This document shows, in pieces, positions 22,201 to 34,200 of a stretch of DNA of 64,000 nucleotides. The DNA lies in NCBI RefSeq assembly GCF_964355755.1, contig NC_092672.1:31192437-31256436 (forward strand), written 5' to 3'. A program made the position numbers and the translations under genes. This stretch comes from Antedon mediterranea (taxonomy: Eukaryota > Animalia > Echinodermata). Under the pieces are notes generated by a model that was not told the origin of the DNA, did not search any database, and saw nothing but the letters and a program-made list of their open reading frames with translations. Within the stretch, counting starts at the first letter, position 1. The number at the start of each line of letters is the position of its first letter.

Positions 22201-25200
22201 CAAGAACGTAAACGTGCTTGTAAGGAGCATCGTGCATGGTCTAAACATAATAGGGCAGATCTTGATAAGGGGGATGCTTTATGGAAGGATTATAAAATGA
22301 AAAAAACTCAAGCGAAAAATGTAATAAAAAATAAAATGATGCAATTGAAAGTTGACAAAAGTGTTGCCATAGCGAAAGCAGGTGGTCAGAGTTCTAAAGA
22401 CTTTTGGAACGAATTAAGGGGGCCTAAGAAGGTAATTGTTCCTTCTAACCTAAAAATTCCCGACTCTACACAAGTTACCTCAGACAAACAGGTTATGGCT
22501 AACTTGATTAAAATTTATTGGAGTAACTTGGGTAATCAAACTGGTGTCAATACTTATAATGATATAGTTATCAATAGTCATGTTTCTGATATTAGGGAAA
22601 ATTATATAAATTATGTTAATGATGATCCACAAAAAGTACTGGATGATATAAGAATTTCATTTGAAGATGTTAAAAGTTCAATACTTCGTTCTAAAAACAA
22701 TAAAGCACCTGGTGTTGATGGCATCACTAACGAATTGTTAAAGAACGGAGGTGACTGCCTTATTAGGGCACTTACATATCTTTTTAACTATTTTGTTAAA
22801 TCAGAGAAAATTCCCACCGAGTGGAATAAAGGGATCATTATACCTATCCATAAAAAAGGTAGCAAGAACGATTTAAATAACTATAGAGGTATCACATTAT
22901 CATCATGTGTTGCTAAAATTTTCAATCGTATTATTTGTGATCGTATCTCAGAATTTCTTGAGAGTAATAGTATTCTTACGGAAATCCAGGGAGGCTTTAG
23001 GAAAAATCATAGATGTGAGGACCACATATTTACACTTAAAAGCATATTGGCTACGCGAAATGCGGAAAATAAGTTAACATACTTAGCCTTCCTGGATTTC
23101 CGTAAGGCTTTTGACACGGTTTGGCGTAATGGCCTTTTGTCAATAGCATGGAATACTGGTATCCGTGGTAAAGTCTGGAAAATTATTGATAAACTTTATA
23201 CAAACGTCAAATGTAATGTTAAGTTTGGTGATATTGTAACTGATTATTTTGATGTCGATGAAGGGGTTAAGCAAGGCTGCGTATTATCACCGACCTTATT
23301 CTGTATTTTTATAAATGAACTCTCCAAAATGTTATATAATGAAAATGTCGGATGTCATACTTTAGGCACAAAAATTAGCTGTCTTTTTTGGGCTGACGAC
23401 GTTGTCTTGATTGCTAAAGATGAAAATGATCTGGAGAAAATGTTATCTATCGCTGGAATTTTCTCCAAAAAATGGAAACTTAACTTTAATTATGACAAAT
23501 CAAATGTTGTGGTTGTTGGTAAACGTACTAATAAAACTAAACAATGGCCTCTTGTAAACCACTTCATCAAAGAAGTAGATTGTTACAAATACTTGGGAGT
23601 GAATATTTCAAGAAACTTCTCCGAAAGTATACATGTTAATGATGTAGTTAGAAAAGGAAATAGATTAATTGGATATATCAAGTCCATTTTTAATGAGCAA
23701 GAAGATTTTAATAGGATTTATTTTGGTAATATCTTGTGGAAAACTATAGCACTACCTTCAATTAACTATGCATGTGCAATATCAGCTTATAGTGCCAGTG
23801 ATTACAAAAAAATCGAAAACATTCAGCTACAAATGGCTAAAACACTACTAAAAGCACCGAGGAACACGCCATCATTGGCTCTGTTGGGTGACTTAGGATG
23901 GGATAGCATTGAAAATACCCATAATGAAATAAAAATTAAATATTTTGACAGGCTTATCAACTACTTAGAAGCCCATCGTTGGCCAAAGCTGCTGTTGCAT
24001 GCATTATTTACCTTGCATGACAATAATGTTAATATAAAATGGCGATGGTTAAACTCAATTAAAAGTATTCTGAATAATACTGGATTTAATCATGTATTTT
24101 CAAATAACATACCTATAGATTCAGCATGGTTTAAATCTTTTAAGTGTGTTAATCGTCAAATGTATGAATTGGATTGGTTTAATAAAAGCTGTACCAAACC
24201 ATCATTATCACTTTATGTTAAATTTAAAAAAATGCCTGAGTTAGAAAATTATCTTACTGTTAAAACTGATTTTCATGGTGCTCAATTGAAATTTAAGGCA
24301 AGGTCAAATACTCTTCAACTTGAAAGTAGATTAAGTAAATGGGATATGAATAATACTGGTAATTGTATGTTATGTAAGGATGAACCTGAAGATTTATATC
24401 ATTTTATGTTAAATTGTAAAGTACTACAAGAAGTGCGAATTTCAGAATTTGAATGCTTGGAACAAAACCTTAATGATTCTGGTCTTTCAGATCTATGGAA
24501 TTCACTCCAGTTAAATAATTCAGAGGTTATCTTAATGATTATACTTGGTGGTGATTGTTCTGTTCTCATTCCAACAATGTCGATTAATATGGTAAACAAA
24601 GCCCATGACATTCTTGATAAATTCTGCAAATCATATCTTAAGAAAGCATGGGCCTTTAGACAACGTATAAAGTCTAACATTATCGAATGATTTTTTTTAA
24701 TTTTTTTATTGTATGTAAGTTGGTTTAGTTATCTTAATTCTGTTTACAGTCATCAAATAATTCACCACAGCTGAAATAATTTAATCTATGCTTTCCTGTT
24801 TATTGATGTCCCTAATTTGGGTTCCTATTGTTCCTTATTATTTTTGCTGGTAGACACTGTGTATCAAGAATGTGTATATCTTAACATAGATTCTAAGTAC
24901 TGTATATTCCTTTGTTCATATACTAATTGATATGCTAATTTAGTGTCCAAGCTTATGTATGTGGGTTGCATTTAATTGGTTTTAGTATTACAGTTTATTT
25001 TTAATTTGGTTTTATCGAACTTCCGTTTTATCTGAGTATTATCTGTTTTAATCTAGTTTATCTTTATTTTTATACTCATATTTTTTATATTGTATGTTTA
25101 ATTGTTTTAAGGATGCACCATTATTATGTGTGCCGCTGTTCAAAAAGCGTTTTCCAAATAAATTATTATTATTATTATTATTATTACTGGTGGCCGACCC

Positions 25201-28200
25201 CTGGCTGTGTCCGTCCTACGCTATATTGCTCCCAATTCCTTCCCATCGTGCATCGCTCACGCTATTTGCGATTTTTTTTTAAAATACTGAAAAGTTTGTT
25301 CTTTTTTATTCAGAGTTTATCCACGAATATGTTTTTAAAACAAACATTGTTGGGATATCTTCAAGAAGCAATACGGCATTCACCTACAAGAACAATCACT
25401 ATCTGGTGATCGCCGGATTGTAAGTATTTTTGGGCGAAACGAGAAAAAATGACGATGTAAACTATGATATAACGACGGAAACACGATGATGACGAAACAA
25501 AGCATAGTGGGAAGGATTTGGGAGCAAACGTCACGACGCGTACGTGATGTGTTGTTTATACGTTCGCGTCGTGACGTTTGCTCCCAAACCCTTCCGATCA
25601 TGCATTGTGCAATGACGTTCCTCGCGAAATCAAGCTATAATTTGCGATAAACCTTATCGACGAAGATGAAATTTACAATGACGATCCGACACAATACGTA
25701 ATCGACGACAAAATAGACGTCATCGACGACACATCCGGGTAGTGACAATAATGACGGCAAACGAAGATGATTACGACGAAAGTGAATCATCTTCAGCGAA
25801 TAAAACGACATTGATGCCAATAGTAAATCAAAGCCTGTTTTCCACTAGGCGGCGAAATTATTCGACCGAATCCAATGTTTCGCAGACAAAAAATAGCGCT
25901 ACTGCAAGAGCAATAGCTGCATTGTTTGCGAAACTTTTCGCTTCGCAAAAGTTAAGTAGAAATAATTCTACAAACGATGGAAAAATGAATGCGCATTCGT
26001 ATAAACTGACGCTTTCGATTCGCACGAACAAATTCGCCTAGCTGAAACAAAGTTTTAAAAATGCGTTGTCATACAAAATCCAAGGAACTGGAATCAACAA
26101 AATTGGGTCAGACAACTTGATAAAAATTGCCAAACCATGACGTCATAGGTCCTATAGGTTGTCGGAAATCAAAAGGTCCCTAAAGCTTGGTTCCCACTAG
26201 AACGTAACGCAAGGACGTAAACGCAACGCAAGCGTTTTAACCAATGACAAGCGAAGTTATAGACAGTTAGCAATCACAAGCGAATAAGCCATCGCTTGTG
26301 ATTGGTCAATTCACTTGCGTTGCGTTACGTCCTTGTTTTGCGTCGCTAGTGGGAATCACGCTTAAAGCTTCGTTCCCACTAGCGACGCAACATAACGCAA
26401 TCTACGCAACGTAAGCAAATGCCCTTCTAATAATTGTGTTTGCCTCCGCATGCGTGAAATCAAACCTGCGATGTCTGGCAGCACTGTTGCGTCGTCGGTT
26501 CCCACTTGTGATTACGCAATACAGCACTTTGCGTCAATACGGCGTTGCGTTGCAGTAGGAACCAAGCTTAAGATTGGTTCCCACTAGCGACGCAACGCAA
26601 CGCAACCTACGCAACGTAAGAAAATACTCTTCCAATAATTGTGTTTTCCTCCGTCTGCGTGAAATCAAACCTGCGATATTTGCAGCACTGTTGCATCGTT
26701 GGTTCCCACAATCGTCAATACGTCGTTGCGTTGCGTTCTAGTAGAAACCACGCTTTAATGACTACTTTAAGTGTGGTTCCCACTAGCGACGCAACACAAG
26801 GACGTAACGCAACGCAAGTGAATTGACCAATCACAAGCGATGGCTTATTCGCTTGTGATTGCTAACTGTCTATAACTTCGCTTGTCATTGGTTAAAACGT
26901 CCTTGCGTTACGTTCTAGTGAGAATAACAACAACGTGTTTTACGTCACGTCGAGTAATTGAAATGTTGCAGTTCTTTGTCTCATTGTTCTGATCTGGTTT
27001 TCATAAATGTTCGTGTTCAGTGAAGAAATCTATACCACCGTATGGTGAAATACAATGACGACACTGACGTCATTCAGCGATGAACAACGACAACATATCG
27101 ATATCGGATGACAATGACGCTCAAGTCGAGGTGTTGATACGCAATAAATACGGTTGACCAATAGATGACGACTAAAAAGTGGGTTTATCAACGGCGACGA
27201 TGACTAGTCTAATCGACAACGTCTTGGTCCTACGGCACTTTGAAATGTTCGGTTATGAGACCGGTATAGGCCCTACGTCTTCTTCCTATTAGCCTGATCT
27301 AATTATCATCAGTATATTTTCAGCGAAGGCGTGTCCGAATCCCTAACAAAGGTTTACAAATACAGTAACACTGATGACGTTTATGAATATCACCAAGAAC
27401 TGACTGGAACAAGTGACGTAGGAAAACTTGAGAAGTTTATAATTAATGGACAACTTTACATATTTGCTGCCAACTATAAGTCATATGGACTTACAGACTA
27501 CATCAGAAATTCTTACCTTTACAAGTTCAACACGCAAACAGGTAATATAAATCGGTATCCGGATGGTAAAGCCTGGTTCCCACTAGCGACGCAACCTACG
27601 CAACGTAAGAAAATGCCCTTCCAATAATTGTGTTTTCCCCCTGCGTGAAATAAAACCTGCGATTTTGGCAGTACTGTTGCGTCGTCGGTTCCCACTTGTG
27701 ATTACACAATACATCACTTTACGTCGATACCTCGTTGCGTTCTAGTGGGAACCACCCTTTAGGGATGTTTATGGTCATTAATTCTAATTATCCAATTGAA
27801 TTTCCGATTATCCTGTACCTTATCAAAGATATATTGATACACTAATTATATTCACATTTTTGGATGATTAATGAAGCCATTTTCCCTGACTGTGTACTCT
27901 TGTTGGCATGGCATTATACTTTGTACTCGTTGTATTGAGAATATGGCATAATGTTATACTTTTATTTATTTATTTACTTTTATTAGGTCTATTTGAACAA
28001 CATCAAACATTTTCAACACAAGCTGGAAATGACGCGTCATATTTGGAATTCGATTCAAACCATTACCTACTTGTTGTTAATCACTACGGCACAGCAGTAG
28101 TATATGAGGGAAACCAGGCCAAAATATAATTTTATACCCCCAGGGCAGAAGTATTCCAGGCCCGAATGGAATGTCATATCCCCAGGGCATATTTCATATT

Positions 28201-31200
28201 TCTATTGTTTAATTTCCAGGTATTGTATTAATAATTAGTGAAAGGTCATTCTTTGTACCAGACCGGAAAGGAATGTCATATCCCCAGGGTATATATTATA
28301 TTTTCTATTGTTTAATTTCCTGTTATTGTATTATTAATTAGTGTAAGGTCATTCTTTGTTAGAGAAATGGTTTGTTATTTTGGCGGGGTTTCTGTTTTGG
28401 CCTGTGCTATATTCGTAAAGAATTTGTATTTTTAAAAATTATTGAAAGGTCATTCTTTGTTAGGGAAGGGGGTTTGTTATTTTGGCGGGCTTTTCGTTTT
28501 GGCCTGGGCTATAATTGTAGTTGGTGATGAATTTGTATTTTAAATATATTAGTGAAGGTAGTTCTTTGTTTGAGGATTGCTATTGTTATTTTTAGGCGGT
28601 TTGACCATTGCATAGGTCACTTTTGTTTAGTATATCCTAATTTCTTTTGTTCATTGTTCTTTTTGTTTGGTACAATAGTTTTGTTTTTGATATTTTAGAG
28701 CCGTTTCTTTTTAGACATTGTAAGAAAGGGGACTGCTTTTTGTGACCTTTCCAGTTGCTTTGTCTATTTTAACGTAGAGTTACAGTATTTCGCTATGTCT
28801 GGAAGTATAGATTTTTCGCAAGGTAGATGTGTAGATACAGTTATAATTATTAGCGATGATGAGGAGACTGCTGTTACAGGTAGCGATATCGGTGATCGGT
28901 ACATGCGGACCAATGAGGGTGTACCCACCGGTGTTGATGAAGGAGATGAGAGGGGTAGCCGGGCTACAAGTTGTATATTTACGTACGTAGATGAGGTAGA
29001 GAGAGAATTTTTATTGAAATTGGAATATTTAGCCAGATAAGCGTTTGTTTCTCAAGTGTTAAACAAGTGTTGGATGTTAAGTCAAGCGGCTTGTTATGGT
29101 TGCGAATTTGATAGGCCTGGTCAAAAAGATCATGACTTCTGTTTAATGAAATCTCCAGAAGAACAGATTGACTATTTTTATCGGGAGGTTCTGGATAAAG
29201 AGTATGTTACAGACGATACCGTGTACAGTGAGCTGAATAAGTACGAGGAATATTCATTACCACGGTACAGACATTTTGTTTACTTTCTCGTCAGTACCTT
29301 GACTAATTCAGAGAACCTGTATAAGTTATTGTGTGAGGATATCTAAAACGTGTTTCGCACGTGCCACGGAAAAAACGATTGACCGGAAAACAAACAATTA
29401 ACAATACTTTAATCCGCACGCGTTGTAAGGAGACAATTGACAGGTAAAACAATTAATATCACTTTAGGCTAATTACTGTAAAGAGCTACGTAAACTGTAA
29501 ATATAATATAGGACCTGATTCAAGCGAAGTTAAGACCTGTTTGTATGCAGTCGCCGAGCACAGTTATTCATTTTAGACTTACAGCGATGATTTGTATCTC
29601 GCTTTCTCTCTCTCCATTCACCGTCATTGTATTTTCTAAAGCTTAGCCAGATTAAAGCCTAAAGATCACTTTCTATATTTATGAAAAACTGTCAGCAGGA
29701 TTTTTAGAATGTACTTTAAAGATCAATACAGCGATTCCAAAAGAAAACGCACAGAATACAAGAAATCTTCAAAAAAAGTTCCACATGGAAGAATTACGTG
29801 AAAGTACAGAAACAGATTCTAAACGGAGCGTATTTAAAATCAAAACAACAGTTGCTATCCCCCGATAGGTTATTGGTGCAAAAGATATTAAGAGAAAATT
29901 TAGATTGTGATTACCTTCAACTTCTTGATAAAGGAGCAGCCGATACATTGTTTAATAAATGTGAGGAAGAGATTGACTGTTTTACCGGTGATCTTGCAAA
30001 GGTGAAAGTATACGGAAAGTGGTTTAATATTCCTAGAAGACAGGTTGGTTCCATTATATTTGTTCTTCATCGTGGTTTTGTATTATTATTAATGATGTAC
30101 TAGTATTTCACTTCCTTTTTTATTTACCGTTGAGTAGTTCGGTGCTATTTACTCGCTTACTGTAAATATTTTTTGTGCGTATTCATTTTCATCTTACCAG
30201 ATAAGTTTCATTAATTACTTTCTTTGTATGATTTCCCCTCTGCAGGTTTCTTTCGGCGATTCGGGCTTAACTTACACATTTTCAGGTAATACAGTACCAT
30301 ATTTACCGTGGCCTTCATTCCTGGAAGATCTCCGCGATCTTTTAAAATCGGTTACAGGACATTACTTCAACTTTGTTTTGGTCAACCGGTAAATATTCTT
30401 GTTTTTTTGTTTTTTTTGATTGATTAAAAAGGTCCAGCGTTTACCTCTAAAACTATACGCATGAACAATGATATCAGTGGTCAAACTGAGTAATTTTTTA
30501 CAATTTGCGGGATAAGATTGTTCTAATTGTATTATGCAAGTGTTTATTTTACTTTACACCCCCGATGGATAATAGGTTTTCTTTGGTCTCATGTTATTGT
30601 ATTTTGTCATTACTCAGATATGCTACTGGTAGTGATTACATTGGTGAACACAAAGATGATGAGAAAGACATGAATCACTTTAGTCCAATCGCCTCTGTAT
30701 CATTGAGGCAAACACGTATGTTTAGATTTCGGCATGGTGATGCACGGGGTCAGAGTCCCAAAAGAATCATTAAGCCAGTAACTGTTGATCTTAAACACGG
30801 TACATTATTAATGATGAATTATCCCACTAATGAGTACTGATACCATTCACTACCTAAACAGCAGTCCATCAAGCTACCAAGAACAAATCTCACGTTTAGA
30901 GATATTAAAATATGAGAGAAATTTCACGCAAACATTACAGTCTTTAATAGTTGTCGCAGATCTCAAGAATATTTACTGTTCATGATCTGTTTAGTATAGT
31001 AGTAAATCATTTTTGTGATGCTATTCCTACAAATAGCTGTATTTATTGAAATTCACTTAGATCTATACCTAATTCCATTGATCGCTAATATTCATGTGAT
31101 TGTTTCTCATTGTGTGCATAAAAATTAAATAATCTCTTAAAAGTAAATTGTATTGTATTTCTAATTGTTATAAATACATGTGTAACAGTTTCTTATGTTT

Positions 31201-34200
31201 TTAACAAGTGTGTAAGTTTTTCTTTAAAGCGTTTTAACCGTTTAGTTAGTAATTTCAAGAGAAACAGGTACTTGAAACGGATAAATGATGTCGTAACGTG
31301 GGAAACGGACTGGTAGATTAAAAGAAACGTTATAGGCCTAATAACACTAATAATAACAAACATATATTTCGTACATAATCGATAAGTTATCTAAATATGT
31401 GTGATTAATATTATTACAATAAAGACCATGTAGATCTACAGTAGTTTGACTGTAAGTGGTATTGTAAATAAATTTTGAATTCAACGGTGAGAAATAACAG
31501 ATGTCTGCGTATTATTTAATATTACTTTTATCATAATTGCAAACACAGGTCGATCATAATTTGAAGGCAGGAAGACGTTTTGGTTGCCAATTGTATTTTC
31601 TTTACACTTAACACATTTTAACAGAAAAACAGGAAAGCTAGACATTCAACCGGAGCCCAAAAATTGAAATTTGTTTACAAGCAGGTTATTTGCATTAGTT
31701 ATTATAAGGCCTACTTTTTTTTCTACATGTTTATCTTTCGACTATTTAAAAAAATTTTTTTTTTTATGAACCTTCCGCTGTTTCGTTAGCAATTTTACAG
31801 GCCTGTGTCTTCGCTCTGTAGGCTTAACCTTATAACGACATATATTTTAACGATTCTTTGTAAATGCTTTCTTATTGATGGTTACCTATAGCTCTCTCAC
31901 ATCCCTTAATCTAGCACCATTTTATGAAAGATTCCTCAGTAAGGGGTTTATTACTGGCGCTAGGTATCATCGACAGGGAATATTAGACAAAACATGACGT
32001 CAATATTTTTAAAAGGTTTTCTCATTCAAGAACAGCTGACGTCAATGAAGAATACGTTACAACACGATAACTACCGGACAGCAGCAAAAAAAACATCAAC
32101 CAATCACAAAGCTGAGCTACTAGTTAAATAATAAATAAATGAAACAAAGACAAAAGAAAAGGAAATACACCAAACAAATCATTTTCGTCTCGAAGTTATA
32201 TTAACGTAAATTTTTCCTTCACAAAATCACAGGAGACGCGTTTTTAACGTTTCCAATTGTAAAGCAGTTTAAAATTGCGTCGCATTTAGTACTGCTAGTA
32301 CCTTACTGTAAAATAGTATCTACCGATATATATTTTGCTGGTCACTCATCATTTTTATTACATCACATTATTCAACTCATCAGGTGTAATATCTTTACAC
32401 AAATCCTTTATATCTTTACTTTTATTTCTTACCAGCTCATAACAAACATGAATATTACTCTAAAGGATTTATACTCAATGTATGATAAACCCCCCTTTTT
32501 TAAAGTCTGCATAGCGGCACGAGAAAACAATTGATAATGGGGATAAAAAGTTTGTCTTACATTGTTATACCGTAACCTGTGTTTTTCTTTGTTTACACCA
32601 TCTCATTGTTTATAATTATGTATGTTAATGTCGATAGTGTTTTCGCTAGTACAGTTTATTACTTGTTTATACTCGTAAAGTTTGCAGGCCTCCATGTTGT
32701 TGGTATATTTTGTAAAAATTGTATTTAGGCCTATGTTTACTTTTTAAAAATCGTTTTATTTGCATTTTATCTCCTCCTGGTTAAAATGAGTGTGATGAAA
32801 AAAGTTAACAAGTATAACCACTAAAACGGTTCATTACCTGTAGGAAATCATCAATATTGTAACATGCGGTAAACAATACAAATTAGTTTCACAAATTATT
32901 TAAACAATAACACTAACAAATTATTAGAATTTAAAAAAATGTGTACAGATTTTATTTCGATAAAAAAGTGTACAAAGATAACTTTACAAAAAGTGTACAG
33001 AATAAAATAACAACAAAAAAAGTCCACACATAAGCTAATTCTTATAAATGTGTACAGTGTACATTGGCTACAGACATTCTTAAAACAGACGTGTACAGAT
33101 TGTAGTTCGAAAAAAAGTGTACAAAAATAACTTTACAAAAAAATGTACAGAATAAATTAACAACAACAAAATCACACATTAAACTAATTCTTATAAAGGT
33201 GTACAGTGTACATTGGCCACAGACATTCTTAAAACGAGGTGTACACAGCTTTTATTTAAAAAAAAAAGTATACACAAATAATTTTACAAAAAGTGTATAG
33301 AATAAATTTACAAAAAAAGATCACACATTAAACTAATGCTTATAAAAGTGTACATGTCGATGTGTACATGTAACGTGGCATTACCATTAAGAAACAAATA
33401 CAAACCAAACACTTAACAGCTAAAACAGCATAGCGATCGTTTTCGTACGAAAAACAATACCTCCAGCAGGTATATCAACTTTAGTATTTTACGTATAGGG
33501 CATACACGTGACAAATACACACACCCTCTTGAATTGTAGGTACAGGCCTTTTACCGTTCGTAATTCAAACTGTTCGGAAAATTGAAGTTAATATTCTGAG
33601 ATTAGGCCTATAGCCTATGATTGCATTCTGCCTTCCCTCTCAGGAGCTTAGACTTTGTCAACGGTCTAAAAGAGCTGTAATGCAGGATGCGAAACATAAA
33701 CGTTTATTAATAAACAGTATATTATAACGATAAAGAAACGAATGTACGATACACCAATATAACAGTACAATAACTGATTAACTGAAGACTTGAAGTCTAC
33801 TGTATTCCTACAATCATTCAAGTAGACATTGTTTGCTGAGTGTATGATACTTTCTCCAAAGAGAATTCGAACGATGTGTTTCTACGGTTATCAGAACGGG
33901 TCAATAGTAATATAAAAAAAAACAAAAAAAAACAAAAAAAAACAAAAAAAAACGAGCAGCCTACTAACTTCCAAAAAATCAATACCTAAATAAGCTGAAC
34001 CTAACCCACTAATTAATCTCTTCCATACATCAAAATCGGTCGAAAATGATCTGAACATTGAAAAGTGGACACGGTCGTCTGTTCTTCTTTTCTGTTTCCA
34101 CGGCTGGCTTGTGACATCCTCGATGGTGATAAAGCCATGCGGTCTACACACTTATGAAGACCACATCGCATAACATGTTCAGGGAACTTATTTTTCAACT

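Noticed and set aside
21588-24680. Minus-strand ORFs 21588-21809 and 24399-24680
   Set aside because: Antisense shadows of the LINE ORF2.
25560-27240. CpG-rich GACGA-rich stretches with short ORFs (e.g. 25742-26041)
   Set aside because: No recognisable domain and no place in the in-phase exon chain; probably repeat-derived intron sequence.
29038-30840. Alternative genetic code or programmed read-through in the cargo genes
   Set aside because: It would need both TAA and TGA reassigned, while the same genes end in TAA/TGA and use TGG for Trp. Other decay is present (a conserved Gly changed to Arg in SVSLR, frameshifts in the third gene). Pseudogenisation is simpler.
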